A stretch of 64,000 nucleotides of DNA from Desulfobacterales bacterium (GTDB lineage: Bacteria > Desulfobacterota > Desulfobacteria > Desulfobacterales > SKZT01), in assembly GCA_018399715.1 (NCBI GenBank), contig JAGYNR010000001.1, forward strand, positions 8,128 through 72,127, given 5' to 3'. The position numbers and the translations under genes are program-made. Under the pieces are notes generated by a model that did not search any database, was not told where the DNA came from, and worked only from the letters and a program-made list of their open reading frames with translations. Below, one piece after another: positions 18,946 to 31,294 of this stretch. Within the stretch, counting starts at the first letter, position 1, and each line of letters opens with the position of its first letter.

Positions 18946-19628
18946 CTGTTCCTGGAATTTTTGAAATAATCATAGGTCAAAAGAAAACTCATCATCAGTC
19001 CAGCAATAATTGACAAGTGTTTTAAAATTGAATTTTGTTTCCGTAAATGCGGCAAAGTAATTTAGGATGGTAACTGGAAGCTTTTTTGAGTTTGACCGCA
19101 TATGCTTTTCGTTTTTTTTCTATTATTGGGATAACAATGATATGTTGGCACCATCTTTTGTTCTATACAACGTAAATATATCCTGATTTTTGCTTAACTT
19201 AAAGGATATCCTGTTTGTAAACATGAGAAAAATGGCAATGTTTAGATTAAATCTTGTTAATAACATCACACTTATAAACAAAATTTAGATTTTGGTCAAA
19301 AAGTCAAATCATATCCACAATTAATATATAGATGATTAACAGTTGCAGAGAAATGAATGGGAAATAAAATCAAGTAATTAGAGAATTGATAGAGATATAA
19401 ACAACGTATAATATTAATAATATTATATAAATATAAAATAATTATTTAATGTTATAATATCCACAGACGACATACTGTACGGAAAAAAATCTTGTTTACC
19501 TTTATAAAACAGTATATAGTAATTTGATTATCATTTTGATCCTGTTATGGTAGTTTTGAAATCTTAACTGATATCAGATGACATAATTTTGTATATAAAT
19601 CAAGTTATCGAAAGTTTTAAATATCAAT
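18946..19628. other. candidate replication-origin (oriC-like) AT-rich region at a coding-strand switch
   Basis: It is a 680-bp non-coding AT-rich spacer. All genes from 3840 to 18945 are on the minus strand and all from 19629 to 25063 are on the plus strand. ATATCCACA occurs at 19311-19319 and 19457-19465 (8/9 to TTATCCACA). dnaN-gyrB lie immediately downstream. Confidence 0.4.
19248..19443. repeat. AT-rich imperfect direct repeat, right copy (partner at 11110-11305)
   Basis: See the left copy. The offset between copies is 8138 bp throughout the aligned blocks. Confidence 0.75.
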
Positions 19629-20240
19629 ATGGGGCTCTTATCTACATCTGTTTCTATCACACAATACCAGGTAAAAGGAACACTTGAATCTGTTCTAGAT
19701 ACTGTAGGAAAAGGATTGAAAAAAAACAGTATACAGGAAATCGATGATGATGTGTCAGACAGTGCTATTGGATGGACTTCCATTGATCATCCGTTTAAGC
19801 CTGATTTTGAAACATCATCATTTATTTTCGGTATTTATCTGGTTTTCTCATTGAGAATTGACAAAAAAAGTATTCCCGTAAAGGTGTTAAATAAATATTG
19901 TGCATTAGAAGCTGACAAAATGTTGTCTGAAAATGGACGAAACTATTTGAATCGAAATGAAAAACGAATGATCAAAGATCGGGTATATACACAGCTTTTG
20001 AAACGCTATCCGGCAACACCGAGTATTTATGATGTCATATGGAATTATGAAGCGGGAACGTTATGGTTTTTTTCAAATCAAAAAAGGCCAAATGAAGAGC
20101 TGGAAACACTTTTCTCAAAATCTTTCCATTTAAATCTGATCCGGATTTTTCCATTTACTGCAGCGGATTTGACAATGGATCTGAAGGAAAAAGAACGGGA
20201 TATATTGATTCAATTGTCGCCCACACAATTTTCGGAGTAG
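19629..20240 (+). CDS. RdgC-like recombination-associated protein, N-terminal-half homologue
   Basis: It aligns by eye to about the first 175 residues of E. coli RdgC: GW..., KKSIPVKVL, LNRNEKRMIKDRVYTQLLKR, WNYEAGTLWFFSNQKRPNEELETLFSKSF. Confidence 0.55.
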   Translation: MGLLSTSVSITQYQVKGTLESVLDTVGKGLKKNSIQEIDDDVSDSAIGWTSIDHPFKPDFETSSFIFGIYLVFSLRIDKKSIPVKVLNKYCALEADKMLSENGRNYLNRNEKRMIKDRVYTQLLKRYPATPSIYDVIWNYEAGTLWFFSNQKRPNEELETLFSKSFHLNLIRIFPFTAADLTMDLKEKERDILIQLSPTQFSE

Positions 20241-20245
20241 GTGTT

Positions 20246-20770
20246 ATGCTCGATGTTTCAGTGTCTTATAACCGCTACAAATTTCTTGGACATGAATTTT
20301 TAACATGGCTTTGGTTTCTGACAGAAAATCAAAGGGATTTTATTCATGAAAAAGTGGCTGACTTGACATCACTGGAAATTGGCAATCGGGTTGTTTTGGA
20401 AAACCGTTTTAAAGATACTTTGGAGACCATAACGATCAAAGGCGATGATGCTGGTTTAGAGGAAGGAATTCTATCATTAAAAAAAGGGGCGGTAGTAACC
20501 GAGTTAAATTTAACCTATACGTTTGACGAGTTGGAATGGCAGTTTTCATTGAAAGGTGAAAGCCTTGCCATTTCAGGATTAAAAACACCGGCAACATTGC
20601 CTGTAAACAATACAGAGGATATTGAAGAAGTTGTTTTAGAAAAAGTAATGCATTACGAAAAAATGATTGATTTTATCAACATAATTTTTCGTGAGTTTAT
20701 TAACAAAAGAATATCTGAAGATTGGGAACAAACGGTTGTTCCTGAAATCAGAAAATGGATTACGAAATAA
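20246..20770 (+). CDS. RdgC-like protein, C-terminal-half homologue
   Basis: FLTWLW, ITIKGDD..LEEGILSLKKGAVVTELNLTY..WQFSLKGESLAISGLK and a terminal acidic/helical part parallel RdgC residues from about 175 to 300. It has its own ATG with a GGAG 8 nt upstream. Confidence 0.5.
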   Translation: MLDVSVSYNRYKFLGHEFLTWLWFLTENQRDFIHEKVADLTSLEIGNRVVLENRFKDTLETITIKGDDAGLEEGILSLKKGAVVTELNLTYTFDELEWQFSLKGESLAISGLKTPATLPVNNTEDIEEVVLEKVMHYEKMIDFINIIFREFINKRISEDWEQTVVPEIRKWITK

Positions 20771-20847
20771 GCTTATATTGATAAGCCGGAAACGAAGATA
20801 ATTGATGCTTTTTTACGTATTGTCGTAGGGATATTAGGATACACATT

Positions 20848-24395
<3,548 letters not shown>

Positions 24396-24403
24396 GCTAA
24401 CTG

Positions 24404-25063
24404 ATGTTAAACTTGATATCCATTACGGCAAGAGATATACCGGATGCCTGGTTTCAGTGTGTATATAATATTATTGATAACGGGTATGAATACACGATTG
24501 AAAGGGGCAGTTTTGAAGGGCAGAAAAGATTAGAGTTTGATTATTGCACTATTCAAATCAAATATCCGGGTGTCAGGCCTTTACTTCCGGATATTCCACC
24601 GGCGCTGGGAATTCCGAATCCGGTTGCCGAAGGATATATAGAGGAATACCTGCCCTATTTGATGACATCCAAAAAACATCCCAATGAGGATTATACTTAC
24701 GGTGAGTATCTGGAAAGTCAAATTGCTGAAGTTATCCGAATATACAAAGAAGACGGCTACGGTACCAACCAGGCGTATATGACCGTTGGAGATCCTACCA
24801 CTTTGTATTTAAAAGACCCGCCGTGTCTAAGGGGAATAGATACCAGAATTCGGTATGAAAAACTTCACTTTATTGTCTATTTCAGGTCATGGGATTTATG
24901 GAATGGTTTTCCGGCAAATCTGGGGGCTATTCAGCTTTTAAAAGAATACATGGCCGATGAAATCGGAGTAAAAGACGGAGAAATTATTGCTGCCAGCAAG
25001 GGGCTTCATCTTTATGACTATATCTGGGAGTTGGCGAAATTAAGGACCATGAAAGATTCATAG
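24404..25063 (+). CDS. thymidylate synthase family protein, short archaeal-type (219 aa)
   Basis: DPPCL (catalytic Cys context), YFRSWDLWNGFPANLGAIQLL and GLHLYDY parallel ThyA motifs PPCH, RS.D...G.PFN and H.Y. Confidence 0.6.
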   Translation: MLNLISITARDIPDAWFQCVYNIIDNGYEYTIERGSFEGQKRLEFDYCTIQIKYPGVRPLLPDIPPALGIPNPVAEGYIEEYLPYLMTSKKHPNEDYTYGEYLESQIAEVIRIYKEDGYGTNQAYMTVGDPTTLYLKDPPCLRGIDTRIRYEKLHFIVYFRSWDLWNGFPANLGAIQLLKEYMADEIGVKDGEIIAASKGLHLYDYIWELAKLRTMKDS

Positions 25064-25117
25064 TGCCTGAGCCTAAACGAAAACTGTCTTTTTCGCCAAT
25101 ATATCGTCAGACTCAAA
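25062..25117. repeat. Repeat family B, partial copy (right-hand half, inverted) between convergent genes
   Basis: The reverse complement matches 6446-6498 (TTTGAGTCTGAC..ATTGGCGAAAAAGACAGTTTTCGTT). It contains the small hairpin CGAAAA/TTTTCG. Confidence 0.65.
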
Positions 25118-25118
25118 C

Positions 25119-25862
25119 TTAATGATAGGTGGGCTTGTCATCATCATTATTTTTTCCCTTGCCGCCCTCGTATACCTTAAATCTTCTTTTTTTACGTTCA
25201 AACTGCCAGTTCAGATATTGTTGATATAATCTACTTAAATTCAGGATATTTCGTGGTCCTTTCATGTAAAGGTAACCGAAAAGAATTCCGCCTAGATGCC
25301 AGGCGCCGTTTGGATTGGCCTTTGCTAAAAATGTCAGTCCGGTCACAATAATGGTTCCGTAGCTAATATATTTTGCTTTTAAGGGGATTACAAACATCAG
25401 GTAGACTATGGCTTCGGGATTCATCAGGCCAAAAATAACAATTAGAGCGAGTATGCTGGGTGACATTCCTGAAAAAGGAAAACCAAATCCGGCGACCAGG
25501 CCCACCGCACTCCCTGTTATGAATGCCCCTGCTGCTGAAATATAAAATAAATAAAGAAAGCCTTTCGATCCGAATACATATTCAACAGGATTTGCAAAGA
25601 AATAAAATACCAGGCAGTTAATTAAAAAGATGATGGGATTGTTCGGGTTGTGAACAAAGGGATGGGTAACGATCTGCCAAAAATGAAAGTGTTCGCTGTC
25701 TACCGGATACATATAAAGATAAGATGACAAGGGAATATGAAACCAGTGTTCTGTCAGCAGTTGAAAAATATAGATGGCACTGTACATTATCAGAAGTTTT
25801 TTGCACAGGGGCGACATGGCCATGCCAAAACCTGATGGTGGTCTTTGATATGTTTGTTTCAA
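25119..25862 (-). CDS. rhomboid family intramembrane protease
   Basis: Polytopic membrane protein. FSGMSPSILAL (Ser helix) and AWHLGGILFGYLY (His helix). Confidence 0.6.
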   Translation of the reverse strand: MKQTYQRPPSGFGMAMSPLCKKLLIMYSAIYIFQLLTEHWFHIPLSSYLYMYPVDSEHFHFWQIVTHPFVHNPNNPIIFLINCLVFYFFANPVEYVFGSKGFLYLFYISAAGAFITGSAVGLVAGFGFPFSGMSPSILALIVIFGLMNPEAIVYLMFVIPLKAKYISYGTIIVTGLTFLAKANPNGAWHLGGILFGYLYMKGPRNILNLSRLYQQYLNWQFERKKRRFKVYEGGKGKNNDDDKPTYH

Positions 25863-26090
25863 TTTAAGTCTCTTTGTTCAATTCTGGTGGTGGTTCGTTT
25901 TTCACAAGAGTTTTTTTATCTTCTTGACCTTTTGTCATCCACATGGCATTTTTTAATTAAATGTTCAAGTCTTTGTTAATTTTAACGTAGCCGTATTTTA
26001 AAACATGCTACTGTTTTTCTCAATCACATTTGGCCAAAAAAACGTATCATTTAGTTTGGCAATGATCTTTTATTAAAGGAGATAAAAAAG

Positions 26091-26870
26091 ATGCCATACG
26101 AGACTGTCATTATTGAAAAAGGCGAGGACCATGTGGCGGAGCTTACCATGAACCGTCCTGATTATTTGAATACGTTTAACAGCGCCATGGCTGAAGAGCT
26201 GATGTCTGCATTTTTAGAACTTGATGCGGATACGTCGGTCCGTGTCATTCTTCTGAAAGGTGCCGGAAAATCTTTTTGTGCTGGTATCGATGTCAATGAG
26301 CTTGCGGGTAAATCCACCCTGGAATACCGGGAGTGGATAGAACGGATGGAGCGTCCGCTGGTTATTATTTCAAGGATGAAAAAACCTGTCATTGCACAGG
26401 TTCATGGTATCGCGGCGGCAAACGGCATGGGAATGGTGGCTGCCTCTGATCTGGCCATTGCCGCTGAGAAAACCCGAATGGGGCTTACGGCGATTAATGT
26501 GGGGCTCAACTGTGTCGGACCGGTGATCCCCGTTTCAAAATGTGTCGGACAAAAAAAAGCACTTGAACTGCTTTTTTACGGCAACTTGATTCCGGCATCG
26601 GATGCCCTTGCAATGGGACTGATAAACCGAGTGGTTCCGGACGAAGATTTAACTTCCGAGGCACGGAACTGGGCAAAGGAATTAGCCAAAAAGAGCCCCA
26701 TTGCCCTTCAGGTGGCCAAAACCGCCTTTTACAATTCAGAGAACATGGCATATGAGCAGCGGTTTGCTTACATGAATGAAGCTTTTGCACGCCTTTGCTC
26801 CACTGAAGATGCCAAAGAAGGGGTAACCGCTTTTTTTGAAAAACGCAAACCCGTCTGGAAAGAAAAGTAA
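26091..26870 (+). CDS. enoyl-CoA hydratase/isomerase (crotonase) family
   Basis: 259 aa. LNRPD.LN, GAGKSFCAGIDV and the typical C-terminal EGVTAFFEKRKP. Confidence 0.85.
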   Translation: MPYETVIIEKGEDHVAELTMNRPDYLNTFNSAMAEELMSAFLELDADTSVRVILLKGAGKSFCAGIDVNELAGKSTLEYREWIERMERPLVIISRMKKPVIAQVHGIAAANGMGMVAASDLAIAAEKTRMGLTAINVGLNCVGPVIPVSKCVGQKKALELLFYGNLIPASDALAMGLINRVVPDEDLTSEARNWAKELAKKSPIALQVAKTAFYNSENMAYEQRFAYMNEAFARLCSTEDAKEGVTAFFEKRKPVWKEK

Positions 26871-26901
26871 CCCCACTGCTTTATATAAAAAAAACATCTG
26901 A

Positions 26902-28008
26902 CTATGGTTTTTTCGCAGCCAGGGTTATCCGTAGTATTTCTCCGGGTTGCCAGAGCCGCATGCGTGGTCCCCAGGTGCCTGCGCCGCGGCTCACAATGAC
27001 TGTCATATCGTTGATATCATATATTCCTTGAAACAAGGGATAAACCCGGCGGACAAGATACCCAAACGGCCATATCTGTCCGCCGTGCGTGTGACCGGAG
27101 AGCATCAGGCCGACACCTGAGTCGGCTGCTCTTTGCGCTTCCCACGAGGTGTGAGAAAGAAAGATAGTGACACCCGGCGGCCTTTTGTCCAGGGCTTTGG
27201 ACAAAAAATCGCCGATCGGGCCGACGCGACGACCCACCGTGAGATCATCGATTCCTGATATAATCAGGCCGGGTTGGATTTCAGTCCATTGATTTCGAAG
27301 AACCGTGATTCCGGATGATTCCAGCAGGCGGGTACATTTATCAGCCCCCCGGTAGAACTCGTGGTTTCCTAAAACCGCCCATACACCAAGAGGGGCATTG
27401 AGACGTTTAAGTACAGGCACAAGTTCCGGCATGGCACCATCGTGTCCATCCAAAATGTCACCTACCAACACCACCATATCAGGGTGAAGATTTTTCACCT
27501 GATTTACCCGTTCAGCCAGCCATTCTTTTCCCAACTGCGTGCCAAGATGCGTATCAGACAGAGCAACGATAACCGTGCCATCCATTTCAGGAGAAAGACC
27601 GTCCAGTGGCACCGTATACTCTTGTACCACCGGTGAACGTGTCCCCTGTATAACAGCCAGAACGGAAAGAACAGCGGCGACAGCTATTGCCAGACCCCGT
27701 AAAGATGGTGCAATCCCGGAAAAAAGGAAACCAAATCCCGTCATTAAATCTACTGCCAGAAGAGATACAACCATCAAAAACAATACTGCCATCCATCCCA
27801 TTCCGATAAATTCCAGTAGGTTTGCAAAATAACCGGCATGGTGATGCCGTAAAATCCAGCTAAAACTAAATACGGCCCACATGAACAGGCCGGTTCCGAT
27901 AAGATACCTAAGTGGCAGGTAGTGTTTTACCTGTGGTACGGTTGCAGCACGTGCAAATACGTAGATGTGCATTAGGGTGCAAACCGAAACAAGAATAATA
28001 CCAAACAT
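26902..28008 (-). CDS. membrane-anchored metallophosphoesterase
   Basis: N-terminal TM helices, then ALSDTHLG, VGDILDG, GNHE and GHTHGGQ. Confidence 0.8.
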   Translation of the reverse strand: MFGIILVSVCTLMHIYVFARAATVPQVKHYLPLRYLIGTGLFMWAVFSFSWILRHHHAGYFANLLEFIGMGWMAVLFLMVVSLLAVDLMTGFGFLFSGIAPSLRGLAIAVAAVLSVLAVIQGTRSPVVQEYTVPLDGLSPEMDGTVIVALSDTHLGTQLGKEWLAERVNQVKNLHPDMVVLVGDILDGHDGAMPELVPVLKRLNAPLGVWAVLGNHEFYRGADKCTRLLESSGITVLRNQWTEIQPGLIISGIDDLTVGRRVGPIGDFLSKALDKRPPGVTIFLSHTSWEAQRAADSGVGLMLSGHTHGGQIWPFGYLVRRVYPLFQGIYDINDMTVIVSRGAGTWGPRMRLWQPGEILRITLAAKKP

Positions 28009-28037
28009 ATCGCGTTTTTCGTTTTTTTGTCTGTTAA

Positions 28038-29660
28038 TTAATCAAATAGTCTTATGCCGCGGCGTTCTAAAAGGCTTCCTTCAGCGAGATAAAGCTCTGT
28101 TAACGCAATTCGGTAATTAACGATTGCTTCTACCTCGGAGATTTGGCTGGCTAACAGATCCCGTTGGGCCTGTGCCACCAAAAGAGATGTACCGGCACCC
28201 ACAGCAAAACGATCCTGCTCCGCACGGAGGGTTTCTTCCTGAAGCTGACGGGTTGCTGTGGAAGCTGTAATTTGTTGCCTGGCTCTTTCCACCTCATTTA
28301 CCGCCAGCCTGACATCTATGCATACCATTTGTTCAAGATTGGAAAGAGCTGCGCTTTCCTGACGTACAGATGCTTTGGCTGCATGATCGCGGGCCTTGGC
28401 CGCACGATTTCCCAGGAAATGATTCAAACGAAATCCCACCTCAAAATCATATGTGTCGCTATCCAGCTCATGAAAAGATTTTGAAAAAGAATCTGCATAA
28501 CCACTGTACCCCAGGGCTATAAATAAGTCGAGACGGGGCAGCAGGCCATTTCGGGTGACCATTGTTTCCAGACGATTTTGATGTATAAGAAGCCGGGTTT
28601 CCTCCAAATCCGGACGGGATTTTAAAGCAAGTTGAAGTCGTTCACGGATATCCGTGATGTGCCGGGGTGTCACCTGAAGCTCACTGGTAGCATTTAGGGG
28701 ACAATCCAGACCCATTCCCGTCGGATAAATCAACCGAAGCAGTTTAAACCGATTGTCAAGTGCCAGACTCCGGGCGTTGATCAGTGCCTGCTTCCGCAAA
28801 GCCACTTCCGCCCGTGTCGCAGCAGCCTCGATTTCAGGGTATAATCCTACGGTGATCCGCTCTTCGACTTCATCCCGCTGTTTTTGGGCCAGTGCCAGCG
28901 ATTGTTCAAAGATATCAATTTCTTTTTTTGCCAGCACGTATTTCCAATAAGCTGTTTCTGCCTTTGCCAGAAGTGCTTCCGTAAACCCGCGCAATTGATG
29001 AACACTGGCTATGGTATCCAGTTCCGCCTGCCGCACACCCGCCAGGTTGGCTGCTGGCCCGAAGCCCTTCAGAAGAGACTGGACCAAACTTAGCCCAATG
29101 CGACTGACCTGTTGTTCCGGAGTACGGTTAGAAACAGAGCGATTTTGACCTACCGTCATTTCCAAATTGGTTCCGCTGGGTAGAAATTGACGAATACCTG
29201 CCTGATAAGTCGTGTCACTGCCTTCCACATCGAAACGGGTACCCGTTGAACGGGCGGTTTCAGAGGATTTTTCTTTAAAATATTCAACTTCCCCGAATAG
29301 TTCCGGGTCATAAATTCCCCGTTCTATATCCTCAAAGCTTCCCTTTATCACCGGATTAAACTGTTCCACTTTAAGTTCCTGATTATTTTTAAGCGCCAGC
29401 ATTACTGCCTGTTCAACCGAAAGATCGAGTATTTTTTCAGTTGATTTTTCCGGCAAAGTAGGTAATTCAGGCATTATTTCAAACCGGGTTTGAAGTTGGT
29501 TTACTGAATCAATGCCCGAAAATTGATTATCTCCGGCGAGTCGGCTGTCCTCAGGAGTAAAAACCGGCCAGCGGTCCGGCGTGATACACCCACCGATGCC
29601 GGTCAGTATTACGGGATAAATCAAAAACAGGATAAATTTAGGTAAAAACTGATTTATCAA
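28038..29660 (-). CDS. TolC-family outer membrane efflux protein
   Basis: 540 aa with two coiled-coil repeats typical of OEP/TolC. It overlaps the stop of the RND gene by 4 nt. Confidence 0.75.
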   Translation of the reverse strand: MINQFLPKFILFLIYPVILTGIGGCITPDRWPVFTPEDSRLAGDNQFSGIDSVNQLQTRFEIMPELPTLPEKSTEKILDLSVEQAVMLALKNNQELKVEQFNPVIKGSFEDIERGIYDPELFGEVEYFKEKSSETARSTGTRFDVEGSDTTYQAGIRQFLPSGTNLEMTVGQNRSVSNRTPEQQVSRIGLSLVQSLLKGFGPAANLAGVRQAELDTIASVHQLRGFTEALLAKAETAYWKYVLAKKEIDIFEQSLALAQKQRDEVEERITVGLYPEIEAAATRAEVALRKQALINARSLALDNRFKLLRLIYPTGMGLDCPLNATSELQVTPRHITDIRERLQLALKSRPDLEETRLLIHQNRLETMVTRNGLLPRLDLFIALGYSGYADSFSKSFHELDSDTYDFEVGFRLNHFLGNRAAKARDHAAKASVRQESAALSNLEQMVCIDVRLAVNEVERARQQITASTATRQLQEETLRAEQDRFAVGAGTSLLVAQAQRDLLASQISEVEAIVNYRIALTELYLAEGSLLERRGIRLFD

Positions 29661-31276
29661 TGTTTCATCTCTTCTTTGGTTTGATTATCTCTTTTTGATG
29701 GGTGACGATGTTGCCGGTGAAACACAGAATACACGGCCGGAATGAGCACCAGGGTAATGACAGTTGACCCGGTAAGCCCGCCGATAACCACCCGCGCCAG
29801 CGGAGCCTGAGCATCAGCCCCTTCACCGATACCCAGTGACAGCGGCAAAAGTCCCAGTATGGTGGTCGTAGTGGTCATCAGGATAGGACGTAATCGGCGC
29901 CGCCCGGCCTCGGCAACGGCATTGTTTATGGTCATTTTTTTCCGGCGGAGCTGATCGGCCTGATCCACCAATAAAATTGCATTGTTGACCACAATACCGC
30001 CCAACATGATACACCCGATATACGACTGCACATTCAGCGTCGTATGCGTTATAAACAACGTGATCAGAACCCCTGCTGCCGCCAGCGGAACAGAAAACAT
30101 GACAATCACGGGATTTCGTAAGGATTCATATTGGCAGGCCAGAACCATGTATACCAGCACCAGCGCCAATAACAGTGAAACAAAAAGCTCCCGAAACGAT
30201 TTCTGCTGCTCTTCAAAATTGCCCGCCACAACCAGATTATACCCCATTGGATGGGGAATTTGGTTGAGCAACGCCTGCACATCCGTTGCCACAGACCCCA
30301 GGTCGCGTCCTGCCACATTGGCCTTAACAGTTACCAGCCGCTGTTGGTCCTTACGATCAATCAGAATCGGGCCTCGGCTGGCCTGGGTGCTCACCAGGTT
30401 CCGCAACATCACGGGTTCACCTGAAGCTGTCGTCAGTGTGAGGTCGAGAATTTCATCCAGAGATCTTTTTTCTGCATTGGCAAGCTGAACAAAAATCCGA
30501 TAGGAATCCCCCTCTGTGCGGTATTCTCCGGCCTGGGAACCTGCCACAGCCGTTTCAATAATTTCTGTTACATCCCGTACGCTCAATCCCATATCCGCCA
30601 CTTTGGGACGATCCACGCGGATTTCCTGCTGAGGAATACCTGCGCGTCGGCTGATTTGGATATCGGTGATGCCGGGGACACTGGAAATAGTGTTTGCCAC
30701 CCGTTTAGACAAATATTCAAGGGTATCGAGGTCAAAACCCCGGATATCAATGGTTACGCCTTCTTCTCCCCCTAAAATCCGTTCCAGGATAAACTGACCC
30801 TGAGGCGCCCGGGTTCGGATATCCATCCCGGCGATACGTCCGGCCAGAAGGTTACGAAGGTCTCCTGCAATTTCCATGTTGGAACGGTTTCTTTCAGACG
30901 ATGGTACCAAAGACATGCGAATTTCACCCTGAGAAACCTGTTCCGACCATCCCCCTGATGTTCCGGCTGTTGCAACCATGGAAACAGCTTCAGGCACTGC
31001 TGCACTGACAATTTCTTCCATTTTTCGGGTTTGCCGGTCTATCAGGTCAAGACGTGTGCCGATTTCCATCTCACCGGTAACAAGCACTTCGCCTTCATCA
31101 CTGGGCGGAAGAAATTCAGTGCCGATCATCGGTATGAGCAAAAGACTTGCTCCCAAAAGACCACCGGCAACAGATATGGTTAAAAACCGGTGATTTAAAA
31201 CCCGATAGATCAACCCATGGTAGGCGTTATTGAAACTATCAAAGAAAGTCCTCGATATTCCGGCCATCCTGCCCAT
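29657..31276 (-). CDS. RND (HAE1-type) efflux permease, C-terminal half (TM7-12)
   Basis: It is in the same frame as 31295-32779, separated from it by TAA plus 6 sense codons. It aligns to the second half of AcrB-type pumps (FLPPSDEG after TM7). Confidence 0.7.
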   Translation of the reverse strand: MGRMAGISRTFFDSFNNAYHGLIYRVLNHRFLTISVAGGLLGASLLLIPMIGTEFLPPSDEGEVLVTGEMEIGTRLDLIDRQTRKMEEIVSAAVPEAVSMVATAGTSGGWSEQVSQGEIRMSLVPSSERNRSNMEIAGDLRNLLAGRIAGMDIRTRAPQGQFILERILGGEEGVTIDIRGFDLDTLEYLSKRVANTISSVPGITDIQISRRAGIPQQEIRVDRPKVADMGLSVRDVTEIIETAVAGSQAGEYRTEGDSYRIFVQLANAEKRSLDEILDLTLTTASGEPVMLRNLVSTQASRGPILIDRKDQQRLVTVKANVAGRDLGSVATDVQALLNQIPHPMGYNLVVAGNFEEQQKSFRELFVSLLLALVLVYMVLACQYESLRNPVIVMFSVPLAAAGVLITLFITHTTLNVQSYIGCIMLGGIVVNNAILLVDQADQLRRKKMTINNAVAEAGRRRLRPILMTTTTTILGLLPLSLGIGEGADAQAPLARVVIGGLTGSTVITLVLIPAVYSVFHRQHRHPSKRDNQTKEEMKH

Positions 31277-31294
31277 AAATTGGTATTTTTCTTT

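Noticed and set aside
20771-20847. The GCTTAT-ATTG-ATAAGC palindrome upstream of dnaN as a DnaA box or regulatory site.
   Set aside because: It is only a 6-bp stem, and the embedded 9-mer matches the DnaA consensus at 6/9. That is too weak to call.
25119-25862. The rhomboid homologue possibly being a catalytically dead pseudo-protease (SAAGA in place of GxSG).
   Set aside because: On re-alignment the Ser helix is more likely FSGMSPSILAL, which retains a serine, and the His helix AWHLGG is intact. There is no basis for calling it inactive.
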